Assembly: GCA_031411295.1 (NCBI GenBank)
Contig: JANOAV010000122.1
Coordinates: 28,466-92,465, forward strand
Reading direction: 5' to 3'
Source: Verrucomicrobiales bacterium
GTDB taxonomy: Bacteria; Verrucomicrobiota; Verrucomicrobiia; Verrucomicrobiales; V1-33
Length of the DNA: 64,000 nucleotides
Shown: in pieces, positions 10,233-20,340 of the stretch
Layout of the letters: each line of letters begins with the position of its first letter
Numbering within the stretch: position 1 is the first letter of the stretch
Translations under genes and position numbers: made by a program
The notes under the pieces: model-generated
Seen by the model: only the letters and a program-made list of their open reading frames with translations
Database searches by the model: none
Told to the model about the DNA's origin: nothing

Positions 10233-11424
10233 ATGAAACCCCGTAAGCGTCGTTCTACCTCCCGTGTTCCCCGGGTTGCCCTGCTGGTGGAAACGACGCG
10301 AACCTATACCCGTGAATTGTTGGCGGGAGTGCGGCGGTATGTGGCCGCGCATGGTCCATGGTCCATGGTCCACGTTTTTGGAGCTACGTGCCTTGGATTC
10401 CTCCCCTCCGGCCTGGCTGCGTAATTGGGATGGCGACGGAATTCTGACGCGGACCTTCACTCAAGAAATGGCTGATCTGATCGATGCCAGTGGGTTGCCG
10501 GCGGTCGAATTACGCGCTACTGGCTTGGGCGGATCCCGACCGTTTGTCGGCATGGACAATGCCCACATCGGGAGCGCGGTGGCGGAACATTTCTATGAAC
10601 GCGGCTACCGGCAATTCGCCACCTATAGTTTACAGACAGAGCAATTCTTTGTCGATCGAGTGCGGAATTTTGTCACTGCCGTGCAAGGCTACGGCTGTCG
10701 TTGTTATGAGCTGCCCGAGACGAACTCGGACAGTGTTTCCGATTGGGAACAGAGTCAGGCACGGTTGATCACGTGGTTGGCTCAGCTACCGAAACCGATC
10801 GGAATCTTCGCAGCCAACGATCAACTGGGCGTGCACCTCCTGGCGGCCTGCCAGCGGGCGGGCGTAGCCGTGCCGGAGGAAGTAGCCGTGGTGGGTGCGG
10901 AGAATGAAGAAACCCTCTGCAGCTTCGCCACCCCGCCTCTCACGAGCGTTTGTTTCGACGGGCAGACCGTGGGCTATCAGGCGGCGGAATTGCTGGATCG
11001 ACTCATGCTAGGGAAGTCGCCCCGTCGTCGGGAAATTCTCGTGCCCCCCAAGGGAATCATGGTGCGAGCCTCTTCCGATGAGTTGGTCATCAATGACCCC
11101 TTGGTCGCCCAAGCGGCCCGTTTAATTCGGGAGAACGTTCTCACCGGAATCAACGTCGATGATCTCTGCCGCAAGCTCAACGCCTCCCGCAGCACGCTGG
11201 ACCGCCGCATGAGAGCCGCCGTGAATCGTTCGCCCAAGGAGGAAATCACGCGACTCCGTTTTCGCGAAGTTCAACGACTGCTGCGGGAAACGGATCTCAC
11301 CATCGACCTCATAGCCGAACAAACCGGTTTCGCCCACAGCCAGTATCTCCAAGCTGCCTATAAACAAACCTTCGGCCAAACTCCAGGCGCCTACCGTCGT
11401 GGACGCGCAGCAATAACATCCTAA
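10233..11424 (+). pseudogene. XylR-type (periplasmic-binding-like + AraC HTH) regulator, frameshifted as assembled
   Basis: N-terminus RVALLVETTRTYTRELLAGV..HGPWS in one frame; the rest (PKPIGIFAAND, VPEEVAVVG, C-terminal AraC HTH) in another; the junction is (CATGGTC)x3. Confidence 0.8.
10350..10372. repeat. Tandem heptamer (CATGGTC)x3 + CA
   Basis: Read directly: catggtc catggtc catggtc ca. Confidence 0.95.
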
Positions 11425-11471
11425 CTGTAGAGGGGGCGCCCTCGTCCCCAGGAATACCTCCTTGTTGAGTG

Positions 11472-11765
11472 ATTCCAAGTTGCGTTCAAGATGAGGTGAT
11501 CCCGGAGGGATCTCAGAAATTAGCCGGGGGTTGAGCGATAGCGATACCCCCGGATAGAGGCCCAAAAGAATCGTATCCCGGCAGGGATGCCAGATCAGCA
11601 ATATGAGAGGAAATGGCTTGGCACGATCCTATTTTGGCATCCCTGCCGGGATGCGGTCATTTCGTTGGGATACCGGGGGTATCGCTATCGCTCAACCCCC
11701 GGCTAATTTCTGTCAAGCCTCCGGCTTGCATCTGATAAGATATCATCTTGAATGCAACTTAGAAT
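11472..11765. repeat. Nested inverted-repeat element (REP doublet/REPIN or MITE-like)
   Basis: Outer IR 11472-11494/11743-11765 (21/23); perfect 40-bp IR 11514-11553/11673-11712; perfect 18-bp IR 11575-11592/11635-11652; lies between convergent genes. Confidence 0.85.
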
Positions 11766-11809
11766 GAGCGGAAGCGCTCCCACGTCTCTTGCCACCGCGA
11801 TAAATCGCG

Positions 11810-12994
11810 CTACGGCAGCGCCCGCAGATAGAAGTTAGCCAACTCGATGGGAGCGCTGGGAGCTGCGAATTCCAAACTCCAAGGAGCTTCCGGGTCGAGG
11901 GATCCAGTTTCATTGGTCATTTCCCCCACCTTCACATGAGAACTGCCGTGCTCCCTGGAAACCGTTAGTCGATGCCATCCCATGCGTTTTTCCGGCTTCG
12001 CGAGGCTTGCGAACAGATCCACCGTGATCGTATGACCTTTGGGGTCTTTGATCTGGAGGCTGGGGGCTGCGGCATTATTGGTTTCCCGCCAGTCCATGGT
12101 GAGGACGAAGGCTGTTGGAGTGAGGTCCACGGAGATAATATCTTCTGCGGTGGGTTTTTCTGGCCGCCGGAGGCTCCAACCGCCTGCGCGCCAGCCAGTC
12201 TCCTTGTCCTTGGCTGACTTCCATCCACGCAGGTCCACCCCAGTAAATAATGACTTCCAGTTCTGATCTTCCGGAGCCGTTTGGTCTGCGGTGGCTCCAC
12301 TAGGTGGCAGTTCTTTGAGGCGCAGATTTTTCCATTCCGTCGGGCTGCCCTCGCTTTCCAACCCCAAGTATCCTTTGCGCCACACGCAGTCGTCGCCCCC
12401 GGAGACTTCCTTACCATTCACGGAGAGGCGGAGTTTCCCCGCATTGGCCTCGATGCGATAATGATTCCATTCAGGGGCGGAGTGGCTGCGCTCCTCGATA
12501 GGGAAGCACCGCATCCCATTGCCCTTGTGAATCGGCTTCATGGTCGAGCCATGGATGGGAAACACATCGCCATGGGTCGTGAACCATTCGTTATTACCTT
12601 TGGCCACGTCCGCATAACCGTTGTCCAGCACCTGGACTTCGATGGCCCGCAGGAACGGCACCCCGGGAGCCGCCACGGGCGATCCCCACACGAAGATCCC
12701 GGCATTACCGCCCTTTTTCAGATGACGCCAATCCACCTCGAAGATGAAATTTTCCACCTGCCGCGTCATGCGCAATGCTCCGGTCGGCTCACCCGTGCAG
12801 GTAATGATCCCATTGGCCACCGCCCAAGTTTCCGGGGCGCAATTCACATTCACCCAGCCCGTCAGGTCCTTACCATTAAAGAGATCCACGAAACCTTCCT
12901 CCTCGGCTGCGGCCGCTGCGGCGGGCAGCGCAGACATTGTCAGGGCGACACAAGCAAAATTAACTCGAAGGACTGATGCGGTAGGAAATTTCAT
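11810..12994 (-). CDS. DUF1080 (3-keto-disaccharide hydrolase-like) protein
   Basis: LFNGKDLTGW, GGNAGIF, EVQVLD, EWNHYRI, GYLGLESEG; partial second copy LFTGVDLRGW; start placed at MKFPTAS. Confidence 0.85.
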   Translation of the reverse strand: MKFPTASVLRVNFACVALTMSALPAAAAAAEEEGFVDLFNGKDLTGWVNVNCAPETWAVANGIITCTGEPTGALRMTRQVENFIFEVDWRHLKKGGNAGIFVWGSPVAAPGVPFLRAIEVQVLDNGYADVAKGNNEWFTTHGDVFPIHGSTMKPIHKGNGMRCFPIEERSHSAPEWNHYRIEANAGKLRLSVNGKEVSGGDDCVWRKGYLGLESEGSPTEWKNLRLKELPPSGATADQTAPEDQNWKSLFTGVDLRGWKSAKDKETGWRAGGWSLRRPEKPTAEDIISVDLTPTAFVLTMDWRETNNAAAPSLQIKDPKGHTITVDLFASLAKPEKRMGWHRLTVSREHGSSHVKVGEMTNETGSLDPEAPWSLEFAAPSAPIELANFYLRALP

Positions 12995-13127
12995 AGACTG
13001 GTAGGATATTCGCTCGCGGTAGTGCCCGCAAGACAAACTCCATCCCGACTTCGCGCAGCCACTTTTTCCGCCGCCTCCCTCATCAGAGGGACTTGCCAGA
13101 TCCCTCGAAACCACCTAAACACAGCCC

Positions 13128-15176
13128 ATGCCGAAAATATTACGAATTCTCCTCTGGACCGCCATCTCCGTGCTGGGTGCGGGCGCCGTGGCCGTTAGTG
13201 CTTTGCAACGCAATGAACCGCTCAACGCGCTATGGTTGGTCATTGCTGGCGTGTGCACGTTTGCCGTCTCGTATCGTTTTTACAGCGCATGGCTCATGGC
13301 CAAGGTGCTGACGCTGGATGATCAACGCGCCACCCCTGCGCTCACCAAAGCGGACGGCAAGGACTTCGTGCCGACGCACAAGTGGGTGGCATTTGGCCAC
13401 CACTTTGCGGCCATTGCCGGCCCAGGACCGCTGGTGGGACCAGTGCTGGCGGCTCAATTCGGTTACCTTCCGGGCACCTTGTGGATTCTGATTGGGGCTA
13501 CCTTGGGTGGTGGCGTGCATGATGCCGTCGTGCTCTTCGCCTCCATGCGGCGGGATGGGAAATCGCTTGGGCAAATGCTCAAGGAAGAATTGAATCCGGT
13601 GATCGGGTTGATCGCCATGGTTTGTCTGCTGGGCATTATGACGATCCTGTTGGCGGTGTTGGGTTTGGTGGTTGTAAAGGCCTTATCCGAGAGCCCGTGG
13701 GGCTTGTTTACCATCGCCATGACGATGCCGTTGGCCATGATCATGGGTATAGCGCTGAAGACTGGTAAATTCGGCGTTGGCCCAGTCTCGGCGTTCGGGG
13801 TCATCGGATTGCTGGTCTGCGTGTGGGGTGGGAGCATGCTACCAGAAGGCGTGCGTCATGCACTCACATGGGACTCGCCCAGCCTCGCTTGGGCGATCAT
13901 GATTTACGGCTTTGCCGCTTCGGTGCTGCCCGTTTGGCTGCTGTTGGCCCCGCGGGACTATCTCAGCACGTTTATGAAACTGGGCACAGTGGCCATTCTG
14001 GGCATCTTCATTGTCTTCATCAATCCTCCGCTCCGCATGCCTGCGTTGACCCAATTTATTCATGGCGGTGGCTGGGTGGTGCCGGGACCGGTATTTCCCT
14101 TTGTGTGCATTACAATTGCCTGTGGAGCCATCTCAGGGTTCCATTCGCTGATCTCCAGCGGCACCACGCCGAAGTTACTGAAAGGCGAACGCGACATCCG
14201 CCTCGTGGGCTATGGCAGTATGGTCACGGAAATGCTGGTTGCGCTGATGGCGATCATTGCGGCGTGCGCCTTGGAACCAGGACAATATTTTGCTATCAAC
14301 ACACCGATCGATCCCACCGATGCCGCCAGCATTCCGGCTGCGATTGCGAAGATCAACAACGCTGGATTTGCTGTCACGGCCGAAGAAATGAAGACGCTTG
14401 CCACCGATCTGGGGGAGATCAACATGATCGGCAAGACCGGTGGCGCACCAACATTTGCCGTCGGTATGGCCCACATGTTCGCCAAGGTCATTCCCACGAA
14501 GTCCGCCCTCGCGCTGTGGTATCATTTCGCGATCATGTTCGAGGCGTTGTTCATTCTGACCACGTTGGATGCCGGCACCCGCGTGGGGCGCTTCATCCTT
14601 CAGGACTTGCTAGGCTACATCAGTCCGAAATTACAGAACACCCAGTCCTGGGGCGCCAACGTGCTCGCGAGCGGCTTGCTCGTTAGTGCTTGGGGCTACT
14701 TCCTCTACCAAGGGGCGATCGATCCGGCGGGGATTGCCAAAAGTCTCTGGCCGTTGTTTGGCATAGCCAATCAATTGCTGGCGGTCATTGCCTTCGCGTT
14801 AGGAACGACCATCCTGATTAAAATGGGACGGGCGCGCTATTGCTGGACCACCTTGGTGCCGATGTGTTATCTGGTAGCCGTAACGTTCACCGCCGGTCTC
14901 ATGAAAATTTTCTCCGCCAATGCCGCTGGCTTCCTGCCGGACATCGAGAAAACGAAACTAGCCCTGAGCACAGCAACGGATCCGAAGGTGATTTCCAAAC
15001 TAAACGTCAGCCTCACGAACGCCTACGTGGACATCGGCGTGACCACCTTCTTCCTTTGCGGGGTGGCCATCATTGTGGGTGGATGTATCTACGAATGGAC
15101 CCGCTTGCTCCGCGGGCGGAAGGTCATCGTCTTGCGAGAGTCGGTCTACGTCTCGATCATTGAGGTGTCGCGCTGA
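13128..15176 (+). CDS. cstA: Carbon starvation CstA family transporter (peptide/pyruvate)
   Basis: FGHHFAAIAGPGPLVGPVLAAQFGYLPG, ITIACGAISGFH, LWPLFGIANQLLA; many TM helices. Confidence 0.93.
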   Translation: MPKILRILLWTAISVLGAGAVAVSALQRNEPLNALWLVIAGVCTFAVSYRFYSAWLMAKVLTLDDQRATPALTKADGKDFVPTHKWVAFGHHFAAIAGPGPLVGPVLAAQFGYLPGTLWILIGATLGGGVHDAVVLFASMRRDGKSLGQMLKEELNPVIGLIAMVCLLGIMTILLAVLGLVVVKALSESPWGLFTIAMTMPLAMIMGIALKTGKFGVGPVSAFGVIGLLVCVWGGSMLPEGVRHALTWDSPSLAWAIMIYGFAASVLPVWLLLAPRDYLSTFMKLGTVAILGIFIVFINPPLRMPALTQFIHGGGWVVPGPVFPFVCITIACGAISGFHSLISSGTTPKLLKGERDIRLVGYGSMVTEMLVALMAIIAACALEPGQYFAINTPIDPTDAASIPAAIAKINNAGFAVTAEEMKTLATDLGEINMIGKTGGAPTFAVGMAHMFAKVIPTKSALALWYHFAIMFEALFILTTLDAGTRVGRFILQDLLGYISPKLQNTQSWGANVLASGLLVSAWGYFLYQGAIDPAGIAKSLWPLFGIANQLLAVIAFALGTTILIKMGRARYCWTTLVPMCYLVAVTFTAGLMKIFSANAAGFLPDIEKTKLALSTATDPKVISKLNVSLTNAYVDIGVTTFFLCGVAIIVGGCIYEWTRLLRGRKVIVLRESVYVSIIEVSR

Positions 15177-15177
15177 T

Positions 15178-16056
15178 ATGGAAATTTCCTCCGCTTGGCA
15201 AGCGCTGTTGCAGTCCGTTTCCCGGTCGTTCTATCTCAGCCTACGGTTTCTTCCTGCAGCGGTGCGGGGAGAATTATCGGTGGCTTACCTGCTGGCACGG
15301 GCCTCGGATAGCATTGCGGATTCAGCTTCTGTGGCTGCTTCCGGGCGCTTGGCGCTACTGGAGCAGTTCTCCGTCGCCATGACTGCACCAGCACCAGAGG
15401 GATTCTTCAGCAGCGTTGGCCGCTTGCAGGTGGATCACGCCGGGGAGCAAATTTTGCTGCAACGATTAGCCGAATGTTTTGCGCAATACGAGAAGGTGGA
15501 TGCGCCAGCTCGGAGGTTGATCCAAGCCGTGCTCGGTCACATTCTGCACGGCCAGAAATTGGATCTGCAACGTTTCCCTGGCAGCCTGCAAACTCCCGCC
15601 GAATTGACAGAATACACCTATCTCGTGGCTGGTTGCGTGGGGGAATTCTGGACGGGAATGCTGGCGCTGCGGATCCCGAAGTGGGCGACACTTCCAAGCG
15701 ACGAAATGCTGCGCCTGGGCCGGGAATACGGTCAGGGATTGCAACTGGTGAACATCCTGCGCGACCTCCCGGGCGATCTCGCAGACGGTCGCAGTTATCT
15801 GCCGGGCGAGAACGACTTGCTAGCGAAACGAAATTTCTGGGCGCAGCAGGCGCGCACTTGGCTGGCTAGTGGCGAAAGCTATGCCGCCCACCTCAATGGC
15901 TGGCGCTTGCGCTTCACTGCGGACCTCCCCTGGCGCTTGGGTCTCGCCACGTTGAATGCCCTGCCGCCCACGGAAATTGCCACCGTGAAGATTTCACGCA
16001 AGGCCGTGCGCAAACTCATGTTCACCAGCGCCTGGCGCGCCTTGTCCGGCCACTAA
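15178..16056 (+). CDS. Squalene/phytoene synthase family protein
   Basis: LLQSVSRSFYLSL, YLLARASDSIAD, YTYLVAGCVGEFWT, GLQLVNILRDL; ATG one base after the cstA stop. Confidence 0.85.
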   Translation: MEISSAWQALLQSVSRSFYLSLRFLPAAVRGELSVAYLLARASDSIADSASVAASGRLALLEQFSVAMTAPAPEGFFSSVGRLQVDHAGEQILLQRLAECFAQYEKVDAPARRLIQAVLGHILHGQKLDLQRFPGSLQTPAELTEYTYLVAGCVGEFWTGMLALRIPKWATLPSDEMLRLGREYGQGLQLVNILRDLPGDLADGRSYLPGENDLLAKRNFWAQQARTWLASGESYAAHLNGWRLRFTADLPWRLGLATLNALPPTEIATVKISRKAVRKLMFTSAWRALSGH

Positions 16057-16223
16057 AAAGTGGTGCAGGTTTTGCCCCCACGGGCTGACGGGCAAGTTCA
16101 GGTGAAATGCAGTGGCGGATAACTCCATCGTCATCCCAGTCAATCCGGCAAATCCCCCCGATTGACAAGGTCCAGAGTAATGGCCCCCAGCGATTCGACC
16201 CCAATTTCCATCTTTTCCGCCTC

Positions 16224-16251
16224 TTGACTCCCTGCCACACCCGCATAGATT
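16224..16251 (+). promoter_or_regulatory. Possible sigma70-type promoter of ppdK
   Basis: TTGACT-N16-TAGATT about 135 bp upstream of ppdK. Confidence 0.3.
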
Positions 16252-16384
16252 CCGGCCCTTCCCGCACAAGGCGCGGTCACGACCGCCTGCTCCTAACATT
16301 TCGCCAAGAGCCCCGCCTCCCCCGAGCCCTGCGCACGTTTTTTACCAAACATAAACCCCGTCACATCGACACCTAAAATCCAAC

Positions 16385-19195
16385 ATGGCATCTAAAACCA
16401 AACCCGCTAAGCCAGCCAAAGCCGCCGGCAAATCCACCAAATTCGTTTACACTTGGGGTGACGGCAAAGCTGACGGCAACGGCAGCATGAAAGCCCTCCT
16501 CGGTGGCAAAGGCGCCAACCTCGCTGAAATGAGCCGCATCGGCCTCCCAGTGCCTCCTGGATTCACCGCCACCACCGAAGTATGCACTTACTTCTACGCC
16601 AATAAGAAGACCTATCCAGCTGTGCTCCAAAGCCAAATGGAAGCTGGTGTGAAGAACATGGAAAAGATCATGGGCTGCAAATTTGGCGATACCAAAGGCA
16701 TGCCCCTCCTCGTGGCCGTGCGCTCCGGTGCCCGTGATTCCATGCCTGGCATGATGGACACCATTTTGAATCTCGGCCTCAATGACGAGACCGTGAAGTC
16801 CCTGGCCGCCGCCACCAAGAACGAGCGTTTCGCTTGGGATTGCTACCGCCGCTTCATCCAAATGTATGGCGATGTCGTCCTCGGCGTGCAAAAGACCGAA
16901 GGTGAAGACCACGAGCCATTTGAAGTCGTGATCGAAGAATTCAAACACGCCAAGTATAGCGACAAGCACATCGTCGATTCCGATCTGACCGCTGAAGACC
17001 AAGCTGAATTGGTGAAGCGTTTCAAGGCCCTCGTGAAAAAGCGCACCGGTCACGTGTTCCCCACGGATCCTTGGGAGCAACTCCGTGGCGCTGCTGGCGC
17101 GGTGTTCGGCAGCTGGATGAACGATCGCGCGATCGTTTATCGTCGTAAATACAATATCCCAACCGAGTGGGGCACCGCCGTGAACGTGCAGGCCATGGTC
17201 TATGGCAACACGGGCGATGATTCCGGTTCCGGCGTGGCCTTCACGCGGAATCCTGCCAACGGTGTGAACGAGTTCTACGGTGAATTCCTGATCAATGCCC
17301 AAGGCGAAGACGTCGTCGCTGGCGTGCGCACCCCAGAGCCTGTTTCCAAGCTCAAGGCCGCCATGCCAAAGCCATTTGCCGAACTGATGAAAGTTCGCGC
17401 CACGTTGGAGAAACATTTCAAAGACGTGCAAGACGTCGAGTTCACCGTGCAACAAGGCAAACTCTTCATGTTGCAAACCCGTAACGGCAAACGCACCGCC
17501 GCTGCTGCTCTGAAGTTTGCCTCTGACATGGTCAAAGAAAAACTCATCGACTGGGAAACCGCCGTGCTGCGCAATCCAGCTGATCAGCTCGAGCAACTTC
17601 TGGCTCCTGACTTCGATCTCAACGAGATCAAGAAAGCCAAGATCCTCGCCACGGGCCTCCCAGCAGGTCCTGGTGCTGCTTCCGGCATCATCTACCTCAA
17701 CGCTGACCGCGCTGCCGCCGCCGCCGAGAAAGGCCAAAACGTCCTCCTCGTCCGCAACGAAACTTCCCCTGAAGACCTCCGCGGCATGATCGCAGCGGTC
17801 GGCATTCTCACTGCCAAGGGCGGTGTGTCCAGCCACGCAGCGCTCGTCGCTCGTCAGATGGGTAAGGTTTGTATCTGTGGCGCCAGTGCCGTGGATATCG
17901 ACTACGACAAGAAGACCGTGAAGATCGCAGGCCAAACCTTCCATGAAGGCAAAGACTTCCTCAGCATCGACGGCACCGCCGGCACGATCTATGGTGGTCA
18001 AGTCAAGACCGGCCCATCCTCCATCGTGATGGGTCTGCTCCATGGCGACAAAGCCGCGCAGAAGACGGAGAAATTTGCCGCCTTCAAGCAACTCATGGAC
18101 TGGTGTTCCAAGGCCACCCGTATGGCCGTTCGCACCAACGCCGACAACCCAGAGCAAACCGAACAAGCCATCGCATTCGGAGCCCAAGGCATCGGCCTGA
18201 CCCGCACGGAGCACATGTTCTTCGAAGGTGATCGCATTGATGCCGTTCGGGAAATGATTCTCGCTGAAAGCGTGGAAGCCCGCAAAGCCGCCCTGGCCAA
18301 GCTCCTCCCCTACCAGCGCGAAGATTTCACTGGCATCTTCAAAGCCCTCAAAGGCTTGCCAGCCACCATCCGTCTGCTCGACCCACCACTCCACGAATTC
18401 GTGCCGCATGAAGCCAAAGCGCAGGCCGATCTCGCCAAGAAAATGGGTGTCACCGCCGCCAAGGTTGCCCACCGCGTGGAACAACTCCACGAGTTCAACC
18501 CCATGCTCGGACACCGTGGATGCCGCTTAGGTATCGCCTACCCAGAGATCACCGAAATGCAGGCTCGCGCCATCTTCGAAGCCGCCGCTGATGTGGCCAA
18601 GAAGAAGATCAAGGTGAAGCCAGAAGTCATGATCCCGCTCGTCGGCTTCAAGAAAGAGTTCGACCTCCAGGCCGAAATCGTTCACCGCGTCGCCAAGGAA
18701 GTCATGAAGGAGAAGAAGGTCACCTTCGATTACCAAGTCGGAACCATGATTGAAGTCCCGCGTGGCGCCCTGACCGCTGATGAAATCGCGCAAAACGCCG
18801 AGTTCTTCAGCTTCGGCACCAACGACCTGACCCAGACCGCCCTCGGCATCAGCCGGGACGACATGGGCAGCTTCCTCATGCCTTACGTCGAGAACGAAGT
18901 GTTCAAGAAGAACCCCTTCGCCACCCTCGACACCGTGGGCGTCGGCCAACTCATGCAAACCGCCGTCACCAAAGGCCGCAGCGTCCGCCCAGACATCAAG
19001 CTCGGCATCTGCGGAGAACACGGTGGTGACCCAGACAGCGTTAAGTTCTGTCACAAGCTGGGCCTCGCCTACGTGAGCTGCTCCCCATACCGCGTGCCAG
19101 TAGCACGTCTGGCCGCAGCCCAAGCCGCCATCGAAGAGAAGCGCTCCGCTCCAGCAGCCAAGGCTGCTCCTGCGAAGAAGGCTAAGAAGAAGTAA
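16385..19195 (+). CDS. ppdK: Pyruvate, phosphate dikinase
   Basis: [35 protein letters not shown] (phospho-His), [20 protein letters not shown]. Confidence 0.98.
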   Translation: MASKTKPAKPAKAAGKSTKFVYTWGDGKADGNGSMKALLGGKGANLAEMSRIGLPVPPGFTATTEVCTYFYANKKTYPAVLQSQMEAGVKNMEKIMGCKFGDTKGMPLLVAVRSGARDSMPGMMDTILNLGLNDETVKSLAAATKNERFAWDCYRRFIQMYGDVVLGVQKTEGEDHEPFEVVIEEFKHAKYSDKHIVDSDLTAEDQAELVKRFKALVKKRTGHVFPTDPWEQLRGAAGAVFGSWMNDRAIVYRRKYNIPTEWGTAVNVQAMVYGNTGDDSGSGVAFTRNPANGVNEFYGEFLINAQGEDVVAGVRTPEPVSKLKAAMPKPFAELMKVRATLEKHFKDVQDVEFTVQQGKLFMLQTRNGKRTAAAALKFASDMVKEKLIDWETAVLRNPADQLEQLLAPDFDLNEIKKAKILATGLPAGPGAASGIIYLNADRAAAAAEKGQNVLLVRNETSPEDLRGMIAAVGILTAKGGVSSHAALVARQMGKVCICGASAVDIDYDKKTVKIAGQTFHEGKDFLSIDGTAGTIYGGQVKTGPSSIVMGLLHGDKAAQKTEKFAAFKQLMDWCSKATRMAVRTNADNPEQTEQAIAFGAQGIGLTRTEHMFFEGDRIDAVREMILAESVEARKAALAKLLPYQREDFTGIFKALKGLPATIRLLDPPLHEFVPHEAKAQADLAKKMGVTAAKVAHRVEQLHEFNPMLGHRGCRLGIAYPEITEMQARAIFEAAADVAKKKIKVKPEVMIPLVGFKKEFDLQAEIVHRVAKEVMKEKKVTFDYQVGTMIEVPRGALTADEIAQNAEFFSFGTNDLTQTALGISRDDMGSFLMPYVENEVFKKNPFATLDTVGVGQLMQTAVTKGRSVRPDIKLGICGEHGGDPDSVKFCHKLGLAYVSCSPYRVPVARLAAAQAAIEEKRSAPAAKAAPAKKAKKK

Positions 19196-19213
19196 TTCAT
19201 CAAAACCACACCT

Positions 19214-19246
19214 AAAGCCGCCGGGGAAACCCGGCGGCTTTCTATT
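19214..19246 (+). terminator. Intrinsic terminator of ppdK
   Basis: AAAGCCGCCGGG-GAAA-CCCGGCGGCTTT followed by CTATT. Confidence 0.85.
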
Positions 19247-19970
19247 ATGATTCCAATCGCAAATTGCTCCCTTACTAGAGGGATTGCGGATAACACTGAA
19301 GTGCTGATCCCTGCGGAGTTGAGTTGGATTTCCGATCCGAGAGATTGGCTTTTCGCTGACGAATGGGAAGAAGCAGCAAAAGGGACTGCTGACCCGAAAA
19401 AAATCGACTCTGTCGAATTCGCAAAAATTGCTGAAGGCAGATGGAATTATTTGCGGCAACGCAAGGAATGCGCCTTGAGCTGGGAGGATGGTAAATCTCG
19501 ATCACGTGAACACCCAAAAAGTGAGTATGGATTTGGAATCGCATTAAGAATGAGTGACGGACGCTGGAAACGAACGGTGGGATTTATTCATGTGCGGCGG
19601 CTTTGGAGTGGAAATTTTTGCCTTGAGTTTCTGGGAACTTTTGCACCACCAGGGATCAAACACATAGGTTTTACTCTGCTCACTTCGCTTGGCGGGCTAG
19701 CCGAAAAAAGCAAGGTAGGCGAGGTTTGGGGGGGAATGCACAGAAGACTCGAAGGGCTTTTACCAGAACTTCAAAACCAAACTGATGATCGCGAGCTTGG
19801 AAGATTGCTTAGTTCGCAAGGAATTCCCCCTGAAGGGATGGCAACTTCCTGGGGCGATACTCGACAGGTTTGTGTTCGGTCAACAGGAACTCAAGGCGAT
19901 GAGTTCAGCTTTTGATGCCTGGCAAAATGACGTTGACCGGCAAACAGCAAAGCGTAATAATGAGACATGA
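19247..19970 (+). pseudogene. GNAT-fold-like hypothetical gene, frameshifted at a G7 run (19728-19734)
   Basis: Removing one G gives ...EVWGECTEDSKGFYQNFKTKLMIASLED..., joining ORFs 19247 and 19785; LEFLGT..IKHIGFTLL..S.GFY resembles GNAT motifs A/B. Confidence 0.55.
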
Positions 19971-20167
19971 CAAAGAATCAGAAAATTAATCTAGCCAAAA
20001 GTCTAATGGCTATCGAACTCACTGCCACTCCCGTGACAGGATCGCGCACATCAATGCGGGCACAGTCTAGAGTAACTCCACAAAGGAAATCTGTGACTTT
20101 TACCGCAAGCCAGAAGCAGAAGCTTCGGACATTCTACAATAGTCCCTCTGTCGCCAAGCCGACTTAA
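19967..20167 (+). CDS. Small basic hypothetical protein (66 aa)
   Basis: ATGA overlap with the stop of the reconstructed upstream gene. Confidence 0.5.
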   Translation: MTKNQKINLAKSLMAIELTATPVTGSRTSMRAQSRVTPQRKSVTFTASQKQKLRTFYNSPSVAKPT

Positions 20168-20340
20168 GCTCCAGACGCCCTAGCACCCACATGGCCAGCG
20201 TTTTAGCGCGTGTCTCCGCCCTGCTCGATGAACTACCCTTCCCGGATGACAAAAAGCAAGTCCTCAAACTCGCCCGTAGCATTATGCTGCCTCTAAATCA
20301 ATAGCAAGACCTGCTGGTTGCCAAGTAAAGTGGAGGTGTT

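Noticed and set aside
10264..10370. GTG start at 10264 giving an intact 386-aa regulator
   Set aside because: The MFPGLPCWW... sequence is not XylR-like; the family-like N-terminus is in the 10233 frame
11472..11765. CRISPR array or tRNA
   Set aside because: Repeats are inverted, not direct with spacers; no cloverleaf; no cas genes
16373..18514. 713-aa antisense ORF (and 18527-19459) opposite ppdK
   Set aside because: Shadow frame caused by the strong codon bias of ppdK; no motifs
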